A stretch of 64,000 nt of DNA from an uncultured Candidatus Binatia bacterium (GCA_965213675.1 OZ243916.1:3360001-3424000); one strand, 5' to 3'; counted from the first letter of the stretch, positions 9,632-18,587 are shown. Program-made: numbers and translations. Notes: generated by a model from the sequence alone, not told the origin.

Positions 9632-11577
9632 GGTCTCGGCCGATCATCTCTCCCGTAAGGCGTTTGTCTACATCCGTCAATCCACCCCGGACCAGTTGAG
9701 ACACAATCACGAGAGCCGGCGGCGGCAGTACGGCCTGACGGTGAGAGCCCGGAAGTTGGGATGGGGCGAGACGGTGGTGATCGACGAGGATCTCGGCCGT
9801 TCGGGCAGTGGCACGGCACGGCCGGGGTTCGAGCGGTTGTTGTTGGCGATCTGCGAGGGACGGGTGGGCATTGTCCTGGCGTTGGAGGCTTCACGCCTCG
9901 CCCGCAACGGCCGCGACTGGCACACGCTGCTTGAGTTCTGCGGGCTGGTGGGGTGTCTGCTCGCCGACGAGGAGGGCGTCTACGACCCGCGCCTGCCCAA
10001 CGACCGTCTCCTTCTGGGCATGAAAGGGACCCTGTCGGAGCTTGAGCTGTCCACGATGCGTCAGCGCTCGCTGGAGGCGCTGCGCCAGAAGGCGCGCCGT
10101 GGCGAGCTCCTGCTGAACGTCGCCGTGGGCTACGTGAAGGTTCCGCGAGACCGGATCGTCAAGGATCCCGACCGGCGCGTGCAGGAGGCGATCAGCTTGG
10201 TGTTCCGCAAGTTCTCAGAGTTCCAGAGCGTTCGGCAAGTCCATCTTTGGCTCCGTCAGGAGGAAGTGCTGCTGCCGGCAGTGGACGGCGAGCCGGGTGA
10301 CGGTGGAAGGCGGCCGCAAGCGGGTCAGCCGGGGCCATCGCCGGGACCGCGAGGCCTGGGACGTGTTGATCGTGGATCACCATGAGGGTTATGTTTCCTG
10401 GGAGGAGTTCGAGAGGAACCAGCGTTTGATCGCCGACAACGCCAACTGCAAGGGGTTGATGACACGGGGCGCGGTTCGCCGTGGCGATGCCCTGCTGGCG
10501 GGGCTCTTGCGCTGCGGTCACTGCGGCCGGCGGTTGCATGTTTCCTATAGCGGCACCGACGGCTACTGCGTTCGCTACAGTTGCCGCGGGGCGCACCTCA
10601 ACCATGGGACTCGGCGCTGCATCTCGTTCGGCGGCGTTCGTGTGGACTCGGCGGTTGCCGAGGAGGTGCTACGGCTGTTGAGCCCGTTGGGCATCGAGGC
10701 CTCGGTGGAAGCCGTGACGATGAGGGAGGACAACGTCGCCGAGACGCGGCGCCAGGTGGAGCTGGGTTTGACCCAGGCGCGCTACGAGGCGGATCTTGCG
10801 CGTCGCCAGTACGATGCGGTGGACTCGCAGAACCGGCTGGTGGCGGCGGAGCTCGAGCGCAGATGGAACGAGCGGCTGGCGGAGGTGGCGAGGCAGGAAG
10901 AGCGGTTGGCGGCCACGGCGGCTGTCCAGCCGGATGCCTTGTCCGGCGAGGACAGAGAGCGGCTGCTGGCGCTCGGGGGCGACCTTGAGACGGTCTGGGA
11001 GCACCCCGGCGCCACGGCGGAAACCCGCAAGCGGATACTGCGCGCGGTGCTGGAAGAGATCGTCGCCACCTCGGCCGAGGACCGTATCGAACTCCTGCTG
11101 CACTGGCGCGGTGGCGATCACACCCGCCTGAGCGTTGCCCGCAACCGCACCGGGCAACATCGGTGGCGGACCAGCGCGGAGGTCGGCGAGCTGATCCGCG
11201 GCCTTGCCCGACAGCAGCCGGACAGCGCCATAGCGGCCACGCTGAATCGGCTGGGCAAGCGGACCGGCCGCGGCAACGCATGGACGGAGATGCGGGTCCG
11301 CAGCTTCCGGTGCCATCACACGGTTCCCGTGTACCGGCCGGGCGAGATGGGGGAACGCGGAGAACTCACTCTCAAGGAGACTGCGGGCAGGCTCAGGGTC
11401 AGCACGATGACGGTCCTGCGTCTCATCAGCGCCGGAACGATTACGGCGCGGCAACTCTGCAAGGGGGCGCCCTGGGCGGTGCCGGAGGCGCAGATCACGG
11501 GACTCGAAGGCGCGGAGGTGGTTCCCCACCATCCGCTAACAGCCAACACGGATCAGAAAGAACTGGATTTCCAATAA
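9624..11577 (+). pseudogene. Large serine recombinase (resolvase, recombinase, Zn ribbon, HTH) with internal deletion/frameshift near 10285
   Basis: VYIRQST, DLGRSGSG..RPGF, SRLARN and LLRCGHCG. Split into ORFs 9624-10385 and 10297-11577. Confidence 0.85.
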
Positions 11578-11614
11578 CGTAGAGAGGTGTGCATTATGAA
11601 GCCCGACTCGGCGG

Positions 11615-11950
11615 GCCGATAAAAATGACGTTTTCGCGGCGATCCAGGAAGCCGAGTTCGTGGAGGCTCTCGATCTGCTCGCGCTTGATGCTGGGCTGGA
11701 AGGCGAAGTCGAACTGGGCCAGGGTCTTCACGGCCGGCAGCCGCGACGAGCGCATGGCGGTCTGGAGGCGGCGGTTGTTGCGCAACCCGATCTGGGCGTC
11801 CAACAACTGCTCGATAGCCTCGCTGGCGGTGGCCGCCCCGCTGTCGGCCTGGGCCAGGACGTCGTCGACGGCCTCGAGCGCGCCCGGCATCTTCAGGTCC
11901 GCCAGCATCGCCCGCAGCCGGTCGCGCCGGTTGCCTGCCTCGGCCCTCAT
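11615..11950 (-). pseudogene. istB: istB 5' part
   Basis: KTLAQFDFAFQPSI..ENVIFIGPP. Confidence 0.88.
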
Positions 11951-12969
11951 GACACGGCCTCCGCATAGGCGCTGAGCGAGCGCCGCTCGACGTCTACGGT
12001 GACGGGCAGGGGGCGCCGGGCTTGCTGTGGAAGCGTGTGCATACCAAGGCGCCGATACGGGCAACTCGCCAACGGCAGCAGCGCCTGTAGCTCGTCACGC
12101 TCGAAGCGGTCCACCGGGCGCTCCCTGGTGGTGCCGTGCCAGCGCCGGTTCGCGGTTCCCTCAAGCCACAAGCGCACCTGCTCGTTCAGGTCCTCGTCGT
12201 TCAGGAACTCCCGGCCGTAGAAGAAGTTGTTGCGGATGTAGCGGATCGGGCGCTCCACCTTGCCCTTGGTTTGGGCTCGGTACGGCCGGCATGCCCGAGG
12301 CCGGAACCCCCAGTGCGCGGCGAACCGTAAGAAGTCCGCGTTCAACACCAACTCGCCCCCGCCCGCGCGGCCGTCCGACACCACCACCGAACGCATCTGG
12401 TCGAACTACAGCTCCTGCGGCACCCCGCCGAAGCACTCGAAGGCGCTCTCCAGCCCTTCGATCAGCACTGCCATCGTCTGCCGCCTGTAAAACCGCAGCC
12501 ACAACAGCCGGGAGTGGCTCAGAACCGTCACCAGAGCGTGCCGCCGCCCCCAGGGAAGCGTGAACGTCGCAAAGTCCACCTGCCCCTGCCGTCCCGCCGG
12601 CGTCTCGAACCGCACCACCGCCTCCGCCGTCTCCCGCGGCCGTACCGACCGAACGTACTCCCTCACACGGACGTACCCGCCCGTGTACCCCGCCCCTCGT
12701 ACCTCGTCGTATAGCCGCTTCGCCGACAACCGCGGATACTCCTCCAGTCGCGCCTCGATGATCCCCTTGTACGGATCCAGCTTGTGACACACCGCCGGTC
12801 TCGCCCTGTACCGCGTCCCGCCTCCCGACAGATCCCGGTCTAACTGCCCCGTCTCCACCCACTCGTGGATCGTCCGGCGACTCACCCCGAACCGCCGCGA
12901 CAGCTCCGTCTTCGTTACACCCCGTTCCAGATAGTGCCTAAGCAGCATCCTCGTCTCCCATCCGTGCAT
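11947..12969 (-). pseudogene. istA: istA transposase with in-frame TAG at 12406-12408
   Basis: RFETPAGRQGQVDF, FGGVP..L*FDQM and CRPYRAQTKGKVER. Both ORF pieces are in the same frame. Confidence 0.9.
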
Positions 12970-13089
12970 CTGTGCTCCGCTCCGTTCCTGTTGCTCTTGC
13001 CAACAGCGTGGACCCGAGCACTCACACCGGCAATCAATCTGTGCAGTTTTCGATTGCCATAAATGGGAAATTTACAGTTGCCACCAACA

Positions 13090-13285
13090 ATCCACACCAA
13101 ACCGTCGCGACAACTCCGCCCTGGTCACGCCTCGTTCCAGATAGTGCCTTATCAGCATCCTTGTCTCCCATCCGTGCATCAGTTCGCCGCTCCATTCCTG
13201 TTGGCTTTTCCCAACAGACTGGCCAACGTACACCTCCTCGCAATCTTCTATGTGCGACATCTTCGATTGACACAAATGGGACATT
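13090..13285 (-). mobile_element. IS21 element A left-end remnant with istA N-terminal stub
   Basis: aatgtcccatttgtgtcaatcgaa (inverse of 5861-5884). MHGWETRMLIRHYLERGV (13179 downward) is cut off by element B. Confidence 0.75.
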
Positions 13286-13528
13286 GCATCGCGTACTGCC
13301 GCGTAAGCTTCGTCCTAGCGACTTGACCGGTCTATGAGGAAATCCACCTTATTGGCGGACAGGACGCACCGTGTGGCGTTGACCACGGTCTTTCTCGCTT
13401 ACACCCGACCCGCCGGCATTGACCAAGGTGTCCGTCGGCAGTAAGAGTTTGAACGCGGATTACGCCCCAAGCCATTGATTTTGTTAGAAACGTCTGTACA
13501 CCTTTCAGGCTCTGCATCTCCTTATTCT

Positions 13529-13611
13529 GTTATAACTACAATAATTGTATGAATAGTGTTGGCAACTATGTGATTGTCGTGCTAGACTCTCAGCACTGAC
13601 CATGAGGAGGA
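13529..13611 (+). promoter_or_regulatory. Putative promoter, operator and RBS of the ubiquitin-like operon
   Basis: Palindromes GTTATAAC and TACAAT-A-ATTGTA, TTGGCA-18-TAGACT with TGn, and GAGGAGG RBS. Confidence 0.45.
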
Positions 13612-13617
13612 CCATAA

Positions 13618-13812
13618 ATGGCGAGAAAACCCACGATCCGCGAGCTTGAACAGCTCTTGGAGTCCGAAGAGGATACCCCCATCGAAATACTGCCGAACGG
13701 CGAGATTCGCGCCCGGGGGGGGAGCGATGCCGCAGAGCGGGGCTACAAGAAGCCTCTCACAATGCGAGAGGACCTCGGCGGCGAGTATGGGCGAGGGGGG
13801 ATCCGGGCATGA
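13618..13812 (+). CDS. 64-aa protein, candidate modifier/substrate of the E1-E2-JAB module
   Basis: Strong RBS, ATGA overlap with the next gene, C-terminus LGGEYGRGGIRA. Confidence 0.7.
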   Translation: MARKPTIRELEQLLESEEDTPIEILPNGEIRARGGSDAAERGYKKPLTMREDLGGEYGRGGIRA

Positions 13813-14183
13813 ATCTGACAAGGGTTCGCCATGAGATCGCGGCCGCTCAGCAGTACTTCGACTACGTGGAGGGCCATCCAACCCCTGAAGGAGGCGTGAT
13901 TGCGTTGATCGCCTTGCAGACAAGCAGGGATGTGTACACGATGGCCGTCTCCTTCCCGGAGTCTTACCCGAACGGGATGCCGGAGGTGCATGTCAGGAGG
14001 CCCGCGTTGCGACCATCTCCCCACAGGTACACGGACAACAAAATCTGTTTCTTGCATCCGCGCATGTGGAACCCGGGGCGCCACAACCTCGCGTTCGTGA
14101 TTCAGCGAGCGGCGAAGTGGTTCGCGAAGTACGAGGTATACCTCGAGACAGGAAAATGGGCCGGCGTCGAAATTAAGCACTAG
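13809..14183 (+). CDS. Prokaryotic E2 (UBC-like) conjugating enzyme
   Basis: FPESYPNGMPEV, PHRYTDNKIC (catalytic Cys position), WNP and terminal GKWAG. Confidence 0.75.
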   Translation: MNLTRVRHEIAAAQQYFDYVEGHPTPEGGVIALIALQTSRDVYTMAVSFPESYPNGMPEVHVRRPALRPSPHRYTDNKICFLHPRMWNPGRHNLAFVIQRAAKWFAKYEVYLETGKWAGVEIKH

Positions 14184-14187
14184 TACG

Positions 14188-14718
14188 ATGGCGATCGAAT
14201 TCAAGCCATTGCCGATGATGGCATTGCGAAGCAGGCCCGGCGAGGTCCTGGATGAGGTGTCCCGAGATGGCGCAGCGTTCCTCATCGAGAGAAACGGGCA
14301 ACAGAAGGCTTGTCTTGTACCGATATCGTACTTCCTTCCAGACATTCAGACGTCCCGCGTCGCGGAGGAGTTGGACAAGATCATCGACTCGAACGAGCAC
14401 TACCGGATCACAATCAGCGGCCAGCGGGAGATTCAACTCATATTCCGGGAGTTCAGTGGCGAAACGCAGGTCGACGTGACGGTAACGCTACCCCACGGCT
14501 ATCCGAACAAAGCGCCGGTTGTATACGCGGCGCCGATCGATGACGGGTGTCCACACCGTTGGCCGGATGGGACGTTGTGCATATACGGTGCCGTAGCTGT
14601 GTGGAACCCAGGAAAACACGACGTGATGCACGCGGTGGCGCTGTTCAGACGGTGGATCCAGCACTACTCGGTTTGGCGGCAGGCCGGACAATGGCCGACG
14701 GAGGGAACTGAACCATGA
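14188..14718 (+). CDS. Phd/YefM antitoxin-like domain fused to an E2-like domain
   Basis: N-terminal ALRSRPGEVLDEV..AFLIERNG..ACLVP. C-terminal LPHGYPNKAPVV, PHRWPDGTLC, WNP and GQWP. Confidence 0.72.
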   Translation: MAIEFKPLPMMALRSRPGEVLDEVSRDGAAFLIERNGQQKACLVPISYFLPDIQTSRVAEELDKIIDSNEHYRITISGQREIQLIFREFSGETQVDVTVTLPHGYPNKAPVVYAAPIDDGCPHRWPDGTLCIYGAVAVWNPGKHDVMHAVALFRRWIQHYSVWRQAGQWPTEGTEP

Positions 14719-15566
14719 AGGGTCGGTTGTTCGCGAGGATCGAACAGCTATTCGATGTGAAGGCGTTCGAAGACCTTTGGGTGTTGATTGCAGGGTGCGG
14801 ATCGGGCGGTGGCCAAGTGGCGCTGCAGTTGGCCATGTCTGGAGTGAAGAAGTTCATCCTGGCGGACACGGATAAGCTGGAAGTGGAAAATGTTATCCGG
14901 CACGTCTGCGGGATCCGGTACCTGGGTTGGAAGAAGACGGCGGCCCTTGCTGACGTCTTGAGTGACCGCAACCCGCAGATCGAAGTCAAAGAATTTTACG
15001 GCGACGTAACAGCGTGGCCGAGACTGGCAGAGGAGGTCGAGCGCGCGAGCGTTGTAGTCTTGGGGACGGACAACGAACCGAGCCGGTATCGGCTGAACGA
15101 GGTCTGTGTGGAAACGGCGACGCCGTTCACGGTTGGTCGAGTCTTTACGCGAGGAATTGGGGGTGAGGTGTACTCCTACAGGCCCGGGATCGGCGGCTGC
15201 CTGGCCTGCCTTGAGGGGCTTCTTGAGCGGAGCCAATACCGCGACGGTGTCAGGGAAATCGACCTCGTTTCGGAGGAGGAGCGGCAGAAGGTGTACGACC
15301 TTGAAATCGAGGAGATCAAGGACTCGCCCGGCCTATCGGTGGATATCGGGTTCATCGCAGCCTTCCACACGCGGTTCACTTTGGACGCACTGGGCCACGA
15401 AGCGGAGTCCCCACCTAAGTTTATGACGCCGATCGACCATAACTACCTAGTGTGGGGAAATCGAGCCGTGTACCCGTTCTCGAAGAACTTCGAACTGCAG
15501 CGCATGAAGCTGCCACCGCAGGACGGATGTCTGGTTTGTGGAGGACAAGATGAAGGCCAAGAGTAA
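14715..15566 (+). CDS. ThiF/E1-like adenylating enzyme
   Basis: GCGSGG, DTDKLEVENVIRH, K, TDN and two CxxC motifs (CLAC, CLVC). Confidence 0.9.
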   Translation: MKGRLFARIEQLFDVKAFEDLWVLIAGCGSGGGQVALQLAMSGVKKFILADTDKLEVENVIRHVCGIRYLGWKKTAALADVLSDRNPQIEVKEFYGDVTAWPRLAEEVERASVVVLGTDNEPSRYRLNEVCVETATPFTVGRVFTRGIGGEVYSYRPGIGGCLACLEGLLERSQYRDGVREIDLVSEEERQKVYDLEIEEIKDSPGLSVDIGFIAAFHTRFTLDALGHEAESPPKFMTPIDHNYLVWGNRAVYPFSKNFELQRMKLPPQDGCLVCGGQDEGQE

Positions 15567-16467
15567 GGTGCGGGAGGTACGCTTGGAGATCCCGGGAGTC
15601 GTCCTGGAGAGCGTGTTCGAGGAGTGCGACCGCTATGACCGCGAAGAGACGGGGGGGCGCGTGGTAGGCCATTTCACCATAGATTTCGGGACGCTGGTGG
15701 TGCACGTCGGGGGAGTGATTGAGCCGGGTCCAAATGCCCACCGCACAAGCACCAGCTTCTTTCAAGACGGCGATCACCAAGCTGAGGTGTTCCGCCAACT
15801 CGAGGCGGAAGACCCATCGATCGAGCATCTTGGCAACTGGCATACACATCATGTGAACGGATTTCCGAGGCTGAGTGCAGGCGACGTGGCGACCTATCGC
15901 CGGATCGTGAACCACCAGTTACACAACCTGGATTTCTTCTACGCATTGCTTGTGACGAATAGAAACGAAGGCCGGACCGGACTGGACCGATATGCAGTAC
16001 GGCACCACGTGTTGTTTCGTGGTGAAGAGGCCGTCCACGAAATCCGACCGGCCGATGTACACGTAACGGTCGGGCCGAGGATCTGGCCAAAGGAGGCAGA
16101 CTCTTCCACACAAGCTCCTGGCGCAGGTGGCGCAGAGGACGACGGGGCGCGCGGGATTGTTGAAGTACGGGGGCGGGACCAAAGTGTCCTAGGCGTGCTG
16201 TGCCCCTCGATGGAACCCCGGGTGTCAAACCAAACGGGAACGTTCTTTTGGAAGGGTTCGCTGCCGTTAATCGACGGGTCCACGGTAGAGATTCGGGTCG
16301 CCGAAGTCGAAGACGACGGCGGACTGCTCTACTACCCCATCGTCTCAGGCGTGTCGGCGGATGTGGCTGAGTTGTGCGAAACACCATTCCCGAGCGCGTC
16401 CCACGCGGTCCGTGCGTTGGAGTCGCAGATAAATCGGGAGATTTACGAGTCCGCGATAAGGCGGTGA
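15550..16467 (+). CDS. JAB/MPN+ metallo-isopeptidase with C-terminal extension
   Basis: ETGG and GNWHTHH....LSAGD. GGAGGA RBS before ATG 15550. Confidence 0.85.
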   Translation: MKAKSKVREVRLEIPGVVLESVFEECDRYDREETGGRVVGHFTIDFGTLVVHVGGVIEPGPNAHRTSTSFFQDGDHQAEVFRQLEAEDPSIEHLGNWHTHHVNGFPRLSAGDVATYRRIVNHQLHNLDFFYALLVTNRNEGRTGLDRYAVRHHVLFRGEEAVHEIRPADVHVTVGPRIWPKEADSSTQAPGAGGAEDDGARGIVEVRGRDQSVLGVLCPSMEPRVSNQTGTFFWKGSLPLIDGSTVEIRVAEVEDDGGLLYYPIVSGVSADVAELCETPFPSASHAVRALESQINREIYESAIRR

Positions 16468-16477
16468 GGGCCAAAAT

Positions 16478-17302
16478 ATGGAAGTGTTGACGCTTTACGT
16501 CGGACAAGGGAATTTCGCCGTCATCCGCCACGGTAGGCAGGCTATCGCAGTGGACACTCGGTGGCTTGCTGACCAATCAGACGATATCGAGTCGACGGTG
16601 GGCCGCTTCCTGCAACGGCGGGAACTTGTGGGCGTCGTGTTGACCGGGTTTGATGACGATCACGCCGATCCCGTCGGGCTGGACTGGTTTCTTGAGAACT
16701 ATACGCCCGGCTGGGTGATGTACCCAAAATACTACAAGGATACCGACAACGCGGAAGCGGTCTTCAACGTGGTTCGGAAGCACGAGCGGCGTCGCCAGGG
16801 CACAGCAAACCCGCTTGAGCGCGTTTCTGTACGGCTTGATCGGCTGGAGTCCCGGTACCTCGATGATCTGTCGGAGGAATTCCAGCTAGAGTTGTTCTCA
16901 CCCCACGTCGAGGACATGGACAGCTCTAACAACTGCAGCATCGTGCTGAAGGTGGAAGGAATCGGTCCGGGCGGATTTACATACTTGGTTACGGGCGACA
17001 CGGAGGTCCCCCGGTGGGACCGGATCGTCCAACTTTTCGACGACGCGTTGGACTCGGACGTTCTGGCGGCGCCACACCACGGATCGAAAAACGCCGCTCA
17101 CCCTGGGATGGTCTTGGCGGTCACACCGAACACGGTGCTTATCAGCGCGGGAGTCGACAACCAGTACGGGCACCCGGACAGAAAAGCGGTGCAGTTGTAT
17201 CTGCGGGTGGCGAAGCGCGTATTTCGGACAAACGTGCGGAACGGAATTTCGCTTCTCACAAGGCGAAACGGCGGGGAGTTCCAGACTACCCGTGTGCGTT
17301 AA
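16478..17302 (+). CDS. ComEC/Rec2-type metallo-beta-lactamase-fold hydrolase
   Basis: YVGQG, TGFDDDH (variant of HxHxDH), NNCSIV, TGD, APHHGS and ISAG..NQYGHP. Confidence 0.88.
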   Translation: MEVLTLYVGQGNFAVIRHGRQAIAVDTRWLADQSDDIESTVGRFLQRRELVGVVLTGFDDDHADPVGLDWFLENYTPGWVMYPKYYKDTDNAEAVFNVVRKHERRRQGTANPLERVSVRLDRLESRYLDDLSEEFQLELFSPHVEDMDSSNNCSIVLKVEGIGPGGFTYLVTGDTEVPRWDRIVQLFDDALDSDVLAAPHHGSKNAAHPGMVLAVTPNTVLISAGVDNQYGHPDRKAVQLYLRVAKRVFRTNVRNGISLLTRRNGGEFQTTRVR

Positions 17303-17462
17303 CGGTCGATGGAATTTTCTTCTGCCCATTGGCGCCACCAACATCCTGGCGCTCTTAGGCGAGCCCTAGACTGAATGATTGGGAACACTTCCAATGCGTT
17401 GGGGCTCTTCAACACAACGGTGTGGAACGGGAAAAGCCCAAACAACCCGAGAGGAACGAATT

Positions 17463-18587
17463 ATGACCTTTGAACTACCAACACGCGGGCTCGTTTTTTG
17501 GCCAGTCGGAAACGGTGACAGCACCACCATCGTCATCGACCCCAAGACCTGTCTCCAGATAGACCTCAACCACCTCGAGAAATCCGAGGACGACGACGCC
17601 TCTTGGCCCGTGGTTGATGAACTTGTCAAGCACCTGCCCAAAGTCAACCGCCGCCCCTATCTCGCTGCGTTCGCGCTCACACATCCTGATCAGGACCATT
17701 GCCGGGGCTTCGCCAAACTCCTCAACGAAGTCGATATCGGTGAATTGTGGTTTACACCTAGAGTGTTCCGTGAGTACAAGAAGGACCTCTGCGACGACGC
17801 GGTGGCATTCAAGAAGGAGACGGAACGCCGCGTTCAGAAGGCTATCGACGCCAAGCACGCCCCAGGCTCGGGCGACCGCATTCGGGTCTTCGGCTACTCC
17901 GACCTGCTGGAAGAGGACGACTTCAAGGATTTCCCCAAGGATCGCCTAACTGTCCCCGGTAATGAACTTACCGTCGTCGACGAGAAGGACTTGGCTGGCC
18001 ACTTCCGCGCCTTCGTCCACGCTCCGTTCAAAGATGATGACGCGGGCGAGCGGAACGATACGAGCCTCGCCATGCAAGTCACGCTCCACGCTGGCCCGCA
18101 AAGACTTCGCGCGCTCCTTCTTGGAGACCTTCCCTACCCGATCATCAAGCGCATCTTCGCGATTAGTGACGCCGAGGACCTCGCCTGGAATGTGCTCCTC
18201 GCACCCCACCACTGCTCGAAGGCCGTAATGTACTGGAAGAATGACGGCGACGACGACGAGAAGCTCAAAAAGCACATCGTCGACGAAATGGACGAGGCGG
18301 CACAGGACCCGAATCGTGTCGTATCCAGCTCCAATCCCGTGCCGTCATCCAACAAGGCTGGCGACAACCCGCCTCACGCCAAGGCAAAGACGCAGTACGA
18401 GACCATCACCGACTCCTTCCTGTGTACGATGGACCAGGATGAACCTATCGTGGCTGAACTTGACCACCAAAGGATCGTTCTCGCCGGGGTTGCGACGGCC
18501 TCCAAGTCCGCATCGCAGGCCGCAGACGAAGCGCGCGGCTCAAACAGACCCCCCGACGGCGCCCACACCTACGGCTGTGGCAAATGA
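17463..18587 (+). CDS. ComEC-like MBL hydrolase with a conjugation-type C-terminal tail
   Basis: FWPVGNGDS, THPDQDH, NDTS, GD and APHHCS. Ends HTYGCGK. Confidence 0.85.
   Translation: MTFELPTRGLVFWPVGNGDSTTIVIDPKTCLQIDLNHLEKSEDDDASWPVVDELVKHLPKVNRRPYLAAFALTHPDQDHCRGFAKLLNEVDIGELWFTPRVFREYKKDLCDDAVAFKKETERRVQKAIDAKHAPGSGDRIRVFGYSDLLEEDDFKDFPKDRLTVPGNELTVVDEKDLAGHFRAFVHAPFKDDDAGERNDTSLAMQVTLHAGPQRLRALLLGDLPYPIIKRIFAISDAEDLAWNVLLAPHHCSKAVMYWKNDGDDDEKLKKHIVDEMDEAAQDPNRVVSSSNPVPSSNKAGDNPPHAKAKTQYETITDSFLCTMDQDEPIVAELDHQRIVLAGVATASKSASQAADEARGSNRPPDGAHTYGCGK

Larger units (their letters stand above)
9143..11614 (+). mobile_element. Large serine recombinase element inserted in the istB Walker A codons
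   Basis: GGCGG core at 9138-9142 and 11610-11614. Removing the element restores IFIGPPGVGKT in frame. Confidence 0.85.
8523..13089 (-). mobile_element. IS21-family element B (inactivated, carries a nested recombinase element)
   Basis: TG..CA ends with atggcaatcgaaaactgcaca boxes at 8523-8550 and 13040-13089. istA and istB lie inside. Confidence 0.85.

Noticed and set aside
12406-12408. Recoded TAG in istA, and TGA in the RES gene, as Pyl/Sec
   Set aside because: The positions are not catalytic, the surrounding elements are decayed and there is no recoding machinery in view.
13618-13812. Pup/UBact call from the GGE motif
   Set aside because: The GGE is internal and no PafA, Dop or proteasome genes are present. 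The neighbours are E1/E2/JAB.
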